From the NCBI RefSeq assembly GCF_000143415.4, contig NW_003314261.1:6298822-6362821 (forward strand): a DNA stretch of 64,000 bases, in the 5' to 3' direction. The notes under the pieces are model-generated. The model had not been told where the DNA came from. It ran no database searches and saw only the letters and a list, made by a program, of their open reading frames with translations. Shown in pieces: positions 52,002 to 63,790 of the stretch (position 1 is its first letter; each line of letters opens with the position of its first letter). Made by a program: the position numbers and the translations under genes. The stretch comes from Selaginella moellendorffii. Taxonomy: Eukaryota > Plantae > Lycopodiophyta.

Positions 52002-55000
52002 ATGGTAAGTCTTTTAGGCCAAGTAGAAAATGGCATGAGGCCACATGCCATTCAGTAGCAACATTGGCATGCACCGATTGGGCTCTCGAGTGCAGTCCGG
52101 TTACAGATGGCGTGTAGCCTCACGCCATCTTAGGATGCAACCTCAAGACATCTCATGCAGTGGTGAATGGCGTGTGGCCTCACGTTATTTCCAGCTACTA
52201 GCTTTTCATCTGTCAGCTCTAATTGTTGTGCATTTCTGAACAGGCGAGGAATTGCGTTCTTCTTCCAGCCACTGTCAATGTGGATGCAGAGAAGGGGGAG
52301 GAGCTCGCCAGTTGGACTTTCGGGATGGAAGGCGAGGATCTGAGGTTGTACAACACAGATGGTGGGAGAAAAGAATGCATGGGGATCCTCATCCAAGTGA
52401 CAGACACTCCATGCAGTTCCATGCAAGAATATGGACTGGCACTTGTGGTAGAGACAGCGTCTGCCTTCAAGATCCACCTTGCACATCCTAGCGGCTTCCC
52501 GGAGGGGGGCAGCGGCTATGAGGAATTCCTAGAGGGAGCTAGGGAGAGGTTGTCCAGGAGGCCCACAATTTCAAAGACGCTGCGGGTCTATGAAGATCAC
52601 ATGGAATCCACGGACCTCACCTACGGCAATGTTCAAAAACTATATTCCAACATTGAGCCGTTGAGAGTGCCTCCAGTTCGCGAAGCGAAGGGGAAGGGGG
52701 TCGATCTGGAAACTACCCTGAAGCAGAAAAGGGTGGTCAAGCTCAAGCCGACGTCCGACTCTCCTCCAAAAAAGAAGCTACTCGGTGATGCCATTGCCTC
52801 GGGTTCGAACACTACACCCACCAAAAAGAAGAGCCGCAAAGAGCAGAAAGAGCAAGAAGAGGCAGCAAAAATTGTCGCAGATAATAGTACTTGTTACTAT
52901 TCCAACAAAGTATATACAATCGACGTGAGCCGTATCGACATCCAAAGCAAATACAACCACAGGCTAGTATCTGATGAGTGGGTGGAGAAATTGAAGCAGA
53001 AGATGCTGGCAAGTCCAGTAACACCCGACATCGCAGACGTGATCCCCTACTACCGAACAATGAAGGGCGAGACGAGGTTTCCAGACTTGATCAATAGGAA
53101 GGTGTTGGACAATCAGAACATCCGGTTCTATGCTGTCTCCGGGCAGCATTCTAGCTTGGCGATGCAAGAGATAGTTGTGGATATTATGGTGGGCGAGGAG
53201 GTGAAGAAAGTCTTCAAGACAAGAGTTGTCCGCCTGATAAAAGGCAACTCGCCCCTCCGATCTATCATATACATCTCCCACGCGCAGAATGTCAAGCAAG
53301 AAACGTGCTACAAATCGGGTCTACACGAGACATTGGCACGAACACGGAAGCTCTGGGTTCAACTGAAGAAGCCACAAAAACCAGGACAAGGACGTGCACT
53401 AGCAACTAGCGCCTGGCAGGTAAGCCTCGTTGCATGTGGCATAGCATATGGCCTCACGCCATTTCCATTGCAGGAATTCTCGAGTCTTCTCTCGAAAACA
53501 CTAGGGGTCAATGACACACTCAGCATCCATAACATTCTACTCGCGACAAAAGTTTTTTTTGACAAATGGGTAGATGTGCTGAGGAGGTACCATGACGGGG
53601 AGTTGCCAAACTCAATGGGTGTGGAGGACGGCCAGAAGCCCAATGATTTGAAGCTCAACGCCTTGTGTTTCTCGCGGTCTCTAGACGACGACGACCTTCT
53701 GACAATGGCTAATGCTCTTCTACGTGGTGAGGTAGTCTCCAACAAGACCAAAATGACTCCCGGCCATATTGTGACATACGAGGACTTGTGCACGACTCTG
53801 AGAGCTCGTGCGCTATTGAAGGATTGGATCTTCAAGCAAGTGGCCGTGGAGAGGGTGAGCATCGACACCATGCAAGAGATGATGGAAGCGCTGGAGTTGT
53901 CAAATGAAGACATCGACGAGTACGTGAAGGGGGCCCCCAAGTTCATCGATCTGCTGCGGGATGCCACGAAAAGTAAAGCTGAGAAATTGGATCAGTATCC
54001 AAATTTCATTAAGATTGATGTCGACCGCCGGCTTCAGAAACAGCTCGACCCCGCAGCAGAGGCCTATTGAGAACCTTACCGGGTATACTTGAATTCGGAT
54101 GAGGATCAAAGGTGGAGGAGCATCGTTTCCCGCGGAGATGAGCAGGTCAAGAACATCTTTTGTGTGATGGACTTCACAAACGAGGAGATCACTCATGCAA
54201 ACGAAGTCAGCTCCATCATTGACTTAATGGTGGGACTTGCGGAGGTGGAATCTTCAGTCCACTATATGATCTACGACTCCGAATCCTATCACAAGTTCTG
54301 GAAGGCCTTGAACGAGGTGAAGGCTCGGTTGAAAGGCAAGGAGATGCGGGAGATCCATGGGATAATGGCTAAGAAGAAAATACCGACGAATGTCCGCATC
54401 TTCACACTCGCCCTTGTTATTGGTCCTGCAGCAGAGTGGGACTGGAGTGACTTCCCAGCTTCGTTCGACAAGGCCAATCGAATTGATCTGAGGGAGGTCA
54501 ATTTACCCGTGCCTGAGGAACTGAAGACGGCTATGGAGCTTTCGAATCCAAAGAAAGCTCCAGGTGCAGCATGGGAAATGCTCAGCTGGGTCTTCAACGC
54601 AATAGCGGGTGGGTCACCTGCTTCCGACTCCAAGGGCAAATGCGTTGTCGAGTACAACTGCGGCGGACTATTCTTTCGAGCCGCACTACTCAAGGGTGTC
54701 CCATGTGTTGCGGTGACAAACTCCATTGAAGAGGTGACTTCAATGGAGCATATAATTACAGTTGCCAAAGAAAAATAGTATCTTCTCTGCGAACCTGGTG
54801 AGTACACACTTTAAGTTTAAATGTTATCTCACAAGCTCTGTATGCAGGAGCGTGGCCACCCCCAGATGCTGAAACGGCGTTAACAGCTACTGTTGAAGAT
54901 ACCCATGTTGGGCCGAGCTCACAACCTGCACAAGGTAAGGTCACGTGAGGCCTCACGCCATTTTGATTATAGATCGTTGTGAATATTCAGACACGAGGAC

Positions 55001-57621
55001 TGAAAAGCGCACTGGTGGCGCATCGAAAAAGGACAAACAGACAAGCAATAGGAAAAAAGGAGGTACAAATTATATTTGCAATGGCGTGTGGTCTCATGCC
55101 ATTCCTTGCAGGAGAAACTTCTTCAAAGGCAAAACAGACAAGCACCAGCCAAGCTCAAACTGACAGTGGTCATAAAAAGCGAAAGCACGTTGGACAGTCG
55201 TCGAGATCAGAGGCGTTTGATTCGAAAAGGAAGAAGGGCAACGAAAAGATGATAGGTAATGCCTCGCGGTTATGGCGTGTGTGCTCATGCCATTCATTGC
55301 AGATCAAGGGCTGAGTGAAAGCAGGCAGTCACCACCTCCTGACTCAGATTCCTATGGAGGACTCCCCTTCCCCAATCTCAATGGAGAGGTACAATGGATG
55401 AGGGAAGCTTTTCAAGTCAGGGCCACGTTTTTCTCATCTCGTCGTCTTCGAAGGGTGCAAGAACATGCAGAAACCATGTTAAGACAGTCGGGTGAGGATA
55501 CGATCCTAGGTCACGCACTAAAACAGGCTATGGATGTCTTGTATTTTGAGATGGAGACTCGGCTAGATGATTTTCCCAAGATGGTCCTGGAAGAACAAGC
55601 CATCCAGCCTGAGCAGCCTATGGAAGAAATGCAGGAGGGGGATGAGGAGCTAGAGAAAGATAATGAGCAGGAAGAACAGAAGGACGAAGAGGAGGACAAA
55701 GAAGAGGAGGACGAAGAAGAGGAGGACGAAGAGGACTTGGATGGTCCTCACAATGGTGACGATCACAATAACGACGACAACGATGATGACGACGATGGCC
55801 AGCCTGAGGTGGCCAAAGAGCAGCGGAGGAAGGTCATACAAGACAAACCATCAGGTAAATAATAGTACATCCATTCCTAACCTTTTACCATTTCTAACAT
55901 TGTCCATGTAGGTCGCAGAGCAAATGGTAAGTAGAGATTATTCAGTTGAATTTACAAACTCTAGCCTTTAGTGTCGAGGAAGGATAGTGCCAAGCAAGGG
56001 TCGAAACGTATGTCCAATCCTTCAGAATCAGCAGTGCGCCCAAGTGATATCGGTCCTAGTTCCTCAATAGCAGTTGATGGTAAATACAGTATAGTCGATT
56101 CAATGTGCTAATGAGTTTGTTTTTAGTAGCACGGGAGGATACCATCTCAATCGAAGGGAGATATTTGGACATGCATATGGATCCGCTAGTGGACTCTACT
56201 TGGCTGCAAGAGTCATCAGAGCTGGTGGAGGCTACTATCCATATCAACGCCAAACAAGCTGACCACACTCCACTTGATGCTGCCTATACCACTGAGTCAA
56301 TCTTGTCCACGTATCCAACTGACGGTGACCAGGTGCCATTGGACCCACATGAGGCCGCCCCAGCCGTCGAGCCGGTCGTATCCTCATTTCCAACGGACTT
56401 AACGTGTGCCCAATCGTCTGACTACGCGCCGTTGGAACCTCCCTACACCGCCCCTGCTGCCTGTTTGGTCATGTCCACTTTGCCAACGGAGGCACCAGCT
56501 GAAATGGCGTGTGATCACACGCCATCGGAACCACCCCATGCCACTGTTGAGCCAGTTGTACCAGAGTCTATAGCTGAAATGGCATGTGCCCACACGCCAT
56601 CGGATACGATTGACCCCACATTGCAGAGGAGAGTATTTCCGCCCTTCACGTTTCCTCGACCAAAACCCTCTCAACGACCATCGGGAGCACCATTCGCTAA
56701 TATTGTAGATGGTAAAATTGACTTGTACCATTTTTTATGCTGACGCATTTCATTTCAGAGTCACGGCGAAGGTACTATATCGTTTTTGATCTGAACGGTG
56801 TCCTTTTCTCCCATGAGCGTGGCTCGTCCTCGAATGTCATTGCACCCTCCAAAGCCTGCGGTCGCAAGTTGGTCAAAAGAGACAGATTCACATTAATCAC
56901 ACGGGAGAAACTGCGGGATCTAATAATGACCATGCGACACTTAAAACAGAGGGCCGGGTTCAATTTGCAATTGGGAGTTTGGACATCCATGATGCGCCAC
57001 AATGCATTAACGTTGCTACAGATGATGCACGATCAGACGCGAGTAATATTACCATTTGACTTTCTCCTAACGCAGGAGGATTGCTTGACTATGGTCCATG
57101 TGAGGGGTAGCAAGCCCATCTTCGTCAAGCCAGAGGCTGTAGTGATGAACCAGACTGCTAGCTCAAGTGAAATCCTCATCATCGATGACTCGCCGATTAA
57201 AACTGCAGCGAACACGCACACATATGCAGTGCACCCCATCTCTTGCAGTATGGAAACTAGGGAGAAGAAACCGTATGTTCTAGGGGACCTTGCAAAACGG
57301 CTTGGAGCGATGGTGATAGAGAACCGGCCAGTCCAGGAGGTGGCTGCAGAAATCAACCAAATGGCAGATGGAAGGGTATATCAGAAGCCATTTGATCGGA
57401 CAGACACCAGTCATCATTTATGGCATGTATATTGTCTAGCCAAGCACTATCCGCATCTCCATAATCTGCTCAACCGGATGGGTTCTTCGACCACTGAACA
57501 TGAGCGTGGACGTATTAGAGAAGAGATGGCATTACTATTGGGTTTAAATCCTGATAGTGTGGAGAGTGATGAAATTCCAAGATTATTGTATAGGCGTTGG
57601 AGGCAAAAAATAACAGTCTGA
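52002..57621 (+). pseudogene. Cargo gene of the Sola-like element (multi-exon, few stops): ParB-like domain + degenerate MTase-like domain + acidic/low-complexity region + FCP1/NIF HAD-like phosphatase
   Basis: ATG|GTAAGT at 52002, intron to 52243 joins in frame. YTIDVSRIDI...RLVSDEWVEKLKQKM...FYAVSGQHSSLAM...N (ParB/Srx-like). 54089-54778 in frame after one TGA: FCVMDFT...CVVEYNCGGLFFRAALLKGVPCVAV. Introns 53420-53473, 54798-54847, 54935-54990, 55063-55111, 55256-55302. Whether the last exon belongs to the same transcript is inferred. Confidence 0.7.
56760..57621 (+). CDS. FCP1/NIF-family HAD-like phosphatase domain exon
   Basis: YIVFDLNGVL, LGVWTSM, LTQEDC, KPIFVKP, ILIIDDSPIKT..N follow the FCP1-homology motif order; open frame; preceded by acceptor TTTCAG. 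Confidence 0.8.
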
Positions 57622-59639
57622 GATGGCATGTATTTATTTAAAAATGTAACTTATTATGGCATGGGGTTCCATGCCATTGTATTAATATTAAAAGACAATT
57701 CTTTGAGAGGATTTGCATTATACTAGAAGTGTTACAGCATGTTATTGGAAGTCTACGAAGTTGTTTTATTAATAAGGGGAAAGTAAAGATTGAATGGGGA
57801 CTTGGGCTCCACCTAGACTTGGAGCAATTGAGCCAATATTAAAAGGATGGAAAGAAATTGGACGACGATGATAAGGAGAAGAGAGAGGTGAAGCAATGGC
57901 AGGGGGAGGAGAAGTGATTGAGTAGACATTTCCTTGTTTAAAATAAAATGGCATGTGCCTCAATGCAGTTGAATTTTGTTATATTTATATACTATATAAA
58001 TGTTTGGAAACCTTATTTTACAAGTGGGATAATGACAATTCCCACTTTAACGAAATAGAGCTTTAAAGTGTTTGAAAATATCTTGAAAAAGATTGTAAAG
58101 GATAATAAAAAAGACTAGGATGAGAAAATCTTAGATGCTTTGTGGGCTTATAGGATTGTATATAAAGTATTTACAGGCATAACACCTTGTCATCTCACCT
58201 ATGGCTAAAAAGCTTTAACACCTATAGAATTTATAATTCCTTTTTTACGTATTACAATTAAAAATGGTTTAGACGAAAAAGAAGCTCTTAAGCAAAAACT
58301 TGCCAAAATAGAAAATTTAGACGAGTTTAAGCTTAGAGCAATCTAGACCTTATATGCAATTCAAAAAGATAACTAAAAATCTCTTGTAAGCTTAAACCAA
58401 GAGATAAAGTTCTTTGGTATCAAGGCAAAATAAATGATCTTGGAAATAAATTCAAGAGAAAATAGAATGGTTTATTTATTTTGTCTAAGATATCAACTCC
58501 AAAAATGGCTGAAATGCACACCTTAAATGAGGATGATACTACAATAATAAATTTAAACCATTTAAGGAAGTATCACGAAGATATAAGCATAAATATTATC
58601 TATATCTTAAGGTAAAAAACTATGGATAAGCTCATGAATGAAGCCCTCATAGGGATTCATCATGATGAGCTACCTAAGTGCACAAATAAGGTGACCAACT
58701 GAATGAATGGTAGGGGTTTAGAAAAATTCTACAAAGAGACATTAAACTTTGTAAAACCATAGGAAGGTAAATTGATTCTTCATTTGTAGGATCCTGTAAA
58801 ACTGATTTTCAAAATGGATAGAGGGAATATTAAGATCACTCAGGATCTTATTTCCAAACTTTTCTATCTTCCCATAAAGCTAGATCAGTGGAATTGGAAA
58901 GAAGGAGTAGTCATTCCTGAAAAGCTCAAATAAAAATTTGTTCATTTAGAATAGAGGGAAAATACATATCCTTTGGGAAAAATTCATGTTTATGCTAAAG
59001 AAACCTTATATATCTGAGTACTTTCTTTGATAGAGAAGTTCTAAAGATAGAAATCAAGGGATACATTAGACAAATATTTCCTTTTTTTGGAGTAAGCCTT
59101 CCCTCAAAATTTTGCTAATATAGCGTATAAAATGTTTTTCTAGACAATGCAAAATTTAGAGGAAAAGAAAAGAAGGGGTGGATACTCTAAGAGTAACATT
59201 TACATTTTTCTTGCCCCATTTTATAAACTCTGCCAACAAACCATGAGGATTAATGAGTAGAGATTACTAGGCTAACAAGGAAAAAAAATTCCACAATACA
59301 TTTGTATACAAAAGCAAACAAAGGCAAAAGGATAAAACTTAAGTGTAACGCAATAAAGCAAGATGACTTAAGTAATTTGGAGGTGATTAAGGAGCTTTTT
59401 CTCTCTCGCTCTTTCCCTCTCACTCACTTTACGCCTACGCCTTCGCCAAAATGTATTGACATTCTAGACTTAGCTCTAAAGCAATATTAGGCAATTAAGA
59501 AACAGAGTGCGGTGCCAATGGAAGAGTGGAGTTGATGACTTATGGCAGTGGCATAAGGACAAATGCACTCGACATAGTAGGTGGTGACAATGGTGTTTGC
59601 TCTTGTGTGATGGAGAATATTTTGCTTTTCCGCAAACAA

Positions 59640-60190
59640 GTCCATCTCTTTGGACTCACCTAGTTTACTTAGATTTTTTGCCTAGACAATGAAGGTGAAA
59701 TAATCATGATGAACAAGAAGGATCATATGCCAGAACAATACATCTTCCCAAACTATACATCCAAATAAGGAAGTAATTTCACCTACTTGAAGCCCAATTA
59801 TTATGCTAAGCTTAAAGTGTTGTATGCCATCATCAACTAAAGGATGATTGTGCAAAATGCTAGCATTAAGATAGCCTGCCTATTGGAAGCTATCGAGACT
59901 GGACAACAAAAAAACATAGTTCATTTTTCCTATAATAGATTTGTGGCTGAAATGAAAAATATTGCCTTATAGGTAGGCAAGGAAGGCAAAAGAAGATGGG
60001 AGTCTTCATCTTTTTACGACACACCTATGATCATTACACTGCTCAAGTGGATCTTACACCTCACCTTGCCATTGAACCACCACCTCCAGTAACTCCTCCA
60101 AGGGAGATAGCGAGGGATGTGGAAGTGAAGAAAAATCCCAATGATAGTAAAATATATAGATCTAACAGTGTGGAGTGCATAATATTCTAA
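59640..60190 (+). pseudogene. Possible extra ORF downstream of the Gypsy pol (Athila/Tat-type accessory ORF remnant)
   Basis: ACLLEAIETGQQKNIVHFSYNRFVAEM resembles the LLxAIxxGxxIN pattern of plant Gypsy accessory ORFs; heavily decayed. Confidence 0.35.
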
Positions 60191-62236
60191 AATATGATAC
60201 ATTAGAAAGATCTTAATATTTAGATTCAAGTGAGGGAAATTTTCCCCTCAAAAAGAAATTCTGCCTAAATCTGAAAATCCAAACTATGAGACTAGAGTAT
60301 ATCATTGTCATACTTTGTGAACTTATAAGTGACTCTCTTTGAGTTTTTCTTGAAATTTATTTTGATAAAAGTGTTGTAAAGCTATTCAAGTTTCTTTTAC
60401 ATTTTATTTCATCCATTTTTTGTTAATAGATTTGATGACATTTTTTGAGAGGTGTCTTACATTTCTTTCTTATGATGAAATTTTTATTAATTGGGCCAAA
60501 AGTTCTTTATTTTATTTTTGTGATCACAACTTCTACATATATTCCCATGAAGAAGTAGTGGCTCCTAAGCTTGTGATGGGTGAGTTCTAATTCACAAAGA
60601 TCCAACTATACCCACCAACATTATTCATGACACTAAACCCTAAACTTTAAATTGAGTTTGGCTTTCCTCTTTAATTTTGAGCACTATCACCAACTTATTA
60701 GAGCCATCATTTTCTCACCATATTGTTACTTTTAGTAGCCATAGTACTACTAAATCCTTATAAATATGTTTTTCATTATTATCATTACATATAGTGAAAA
60801 CATTTCTTTTTTCACTTTATTATTTCTTTTCTTAACTTATTTTTATTCTATTGCTTTCACATTTTTTTTCTAGGATATGACAGAGTATAAGTGTAAACTT
60901 CAATTTTTATTTTGAGATAGTGCTAATTCCTCTCTTTTAAGAACTTATGCATTTCCTAGTTTTAATCCCATGGTTTCTAAATTTTCTTCACATCATGTCA
61001 TTCTATCTATTATTACAATTAGCCTGAGTTATTTTAAATAACATTTTTCCCTCACTATACCATTATTTAGCACTCACTATAGTTTCTTAATTCATATTTA
61101 ATCATGCTTCTCATTATATATTTATTTATTTGGGGATATTTTTTTATCACAAGCCTTGCATGAATGGTCTTGAGCAATCTCTCTAAATCCTAGAGCTTAT
61201 ATTAGGTACCCTAGAATTTAGGGTTTAGAATTTATGCAAATTACCATGTAGCAAATATATTATAAATTAAGGAAGGTTGTGAGATTATTAGTTAGGTATT
61301 TCCCCAATAAAATAAAGTTTAGGATTTAGGGTTTAGAAATAGCTTGTAAGGTAGATGTAGTAAGCTTAAAAAAATTATTGATTCTAATAATATATTTATA
61401 AATTTTTTATAAAGATTGTTTTGGGTTTTAGGATTAGGATTTATGGTTGTAACCTTAAAAAAAAATTATGCTTTAGTTCCTTATTTTTCTACAACATTAA
61501 ATGGATAGCCTTGTACATATGATACATCTGATTTTACAGAATAAGTATTTTAATAAAATAAAGCATGATTTATATTTTATTAGAGCATTTGTAATAGTTT
61601 TCTTCCATCTATAGTTGATTCATAAAAGTTTTGAGGTAGTGGAGTAGTTAGGTTTGTATATCTAAATGAGAGTTATTAACTAGAATAAAATGTTTTATAA
61701 TTTATCTCTCTAAGCAGTAAGTTTACCCCCAAAACACACTAGCAATAACTTTGGGTATTTTTCACACACTAAATTTTCATCTTGAAGTGGTGCCAACTCC
61801 TAAGAGTTCATGTATTTCTTAGTTTTAACCCATGGTTTTTAAATTTTCTCTATATCACATTACTCTATTAACTATTATAATTAATCTAATTGATTAGTAA
61901 TTTAAGCTAGCTTCTTCCTCACCAATCCACTCACTACACAATATTTACTTCTCACTATAACTAGTTCATATTTCATGATGTTTCTCAGTATACATTTATT
62001 TATTTATGCATATCCTCACATTATATACCTTTCATGAATAGTCTTGAGTGATCTCACTAAAACCTAGGGCTTATATTACGAACCCTAGGATTTACACTTT
62101 AAAGGTTAAGGTTTTTAAGAGTTAATCTTGGTAGAAACCCTAAACCCTTTTCTTAGGGGTTTTATTTATATGAATACCTTTGAAAGTACCCTAAACCTTA
62201 GGGTTTACAGTACACTAAACCCTAGGCATCTGCAGG

Positions 62237-62275
62237 TTTAGGGTTTAGGGTTTAAGATTTAGGGCTTAGGGTTTA
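62237..62275 (+). repeat. Degenerate interstitial TTTAGGG repeats
   Basis: GTTTAGGGTTTAGGGTTTAAGATTTAGGGCTTAGGGTTTAG; scattered single units at 61.2-62.2 kb. Confidence 0.8.
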
Positions 62276-63790
62276 GAACGTAATTTTGTTGACACAGTTA
62301 ATTGTTATTCTTTAAAAAAAAAACAAGAACATAACTTCCATACGTAACTATTTGCTTAATACATCTAATGGTTATTTGTTAAAATAAATACTAACAACAA
62401 TAGACATGTAGCCACTTCCATATGTAACTGTGTTTTTTTGAGTCTTTTAGGTTGAGAAATATTTTAGATTGGAATAGAAAATGGTTAACTACTATGGCAA
62501 AGAATAATGATGTTAAAAAACTTTAAGAAAACAAACATGATATTTTTGAGTTTGTCATTGGTACGGGAATAAGAAAAATAGCCTCTTCTATATATAAATA
62601 ATGTCCAAGGGCTGTTTCAAACAAGGAAAACATCCAAAAGAATGTAATTTCTTTGACAAGACTAATGGTTTTTCATCAAAATAAATACTAAGAATAAAAG
62701 TCTTGTAATCATTTCCATGGGAAATTATGGTTTTTTGCATCTTTCAGGTTGAGAAATCCCTCCAGATGATATAGAAAATGGCCAACTAGGAAAACATTCA
62801 AAAGAATGTAGTTTTCTTGACACAGTTAATAGTCATTTGTTACACCTAAATAATAAGAACAATAAATATATAGTTGCTTCCATGTATAATTGTGTTTTTT
62901 GGCATGTTTCAAGTCGAAACATCCCTTTGGCTGGTATAGAAAATGGCCAACTACTATGGCAAACAATAATAATGTTAAAAAGCATTCAAAAAACAAACTT
63001 AATATTCTTGAGACAATTATTAGTAAGAGCCCAAGAAAAATAGCCTCTTCCAAATGTAGATAATGTCCAAGGACTATTTTGAACAAGGAAAATGTTCAAA
63101 AGAATGTAATTTACTCGACACAGTTAATAGTTAATTGTCAAAGGTAATATTATTAATTGATTACCTATAGCTACTTTCATGTGTAACTATTTTTTTCTTT
63201 TTTTACATCTTTTAGGTCTAAAATTCCCTCTAGCTAGCATAGAAAATGGCAAACTAGGAAAACGTTCAAAAGAACGTAATGGGCTCGACATGGTTAATGG
63301 TTATTTGTTAAAATAAATACTAAGAACAACCGACATCTAGTCGCTTCCATGTATAATTGTGTTTTTTAGTGTATTTTAGGTTGAGACAAACTTTTGCGAG
63401 TGTAGAAAATGGCCAACTACTGTGGCAAACAATAACAATGTTATAAAGCCTTCAAAAAACAAACTTAATGTTCTTGAGACTATTATTGGTAAGGGCCCAA
63501 GAAAAATAGCCTCTTCCATGCGTAGATAATGTCTAGGGATTTTTTCAAACAAGGAAAACTTTCAAAAAAACATAATTTCCTTGACATAGTTAATGGTAAT
63601 TCATCAAAAGTAAAAGACTTATAACAACTTTCATGTGTAACCATGTTTTTTGGCATATTTCAAGTCAGAAAATCCCTCTGGCTATTGTAATGGCCAACTA
63701 AGAAAACATTCATAAGAATGTAATTTCCTCTTCATGGTTAGTGGTTTTTAGTTAAAAATAATACTAAGAATAGGAGACATATAGCAATCT
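62275..63790. repeat. Diverged AT-rich tandem repeat, ~465-bp higher-order unit (~3 copies) with related subunits
   Basis: AAGAAAAATAGCCTCTTC recurs at ~62571, ~63033, ~63499; AGAAAATGGCCAACTA-like motif recurs about twice per unit. Confidence 0.8.

Larger units (their letters stand above)
45481..58063. mobile_element. 12.6-kb cut-and-paste DNA transposon, Sola1-like, with cargo gene
   Basis: Perfect 24-bp TIRs AAGCTCTATTTCGTTAAAGTGGGA (45481-45504, 58040-58063); 4-bp TSD TAAA (45477-45480, 58064-58067); removal restores the Gypsy integrase frame (SINK-VFEN). Boundaries are secure; the superfamily call is less so. Confidence 0.9.
32650..58580 (+). mobile_element. Old Ty3/Gypsy gag-pol (non-chromovirus, Athila/Tat-like), pseudogenised and split by four insertions
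   Basis: gag LFPYTLKNKAKDWY (~32770); Zn knuckles CTKCKNKGH/CQICE (~33250-33340); protease LIDGGSSINIL (~42413-42445); RT PKKNGK..VCVNYKKLN...MPF.LCNA..TFQR...VFIDDF (44040-44380); RNase H VDTSNIAI...EKEAL; integrase GLDFVG...IDYVTKWAEA...YYPQGNDQVQSINK, resuming at 58068 VFENILKK...ALWAYR...TGITP. LTRs not located. Confidence 0.9.

Noticed and set aside
51549-52117. Arg/Ala/Ser-rich ORFs (also 49441-50000 and 9308-9638)
   Set aside because: Arise from short GC-rich simple repeats in presumed leader regions; no domain signal
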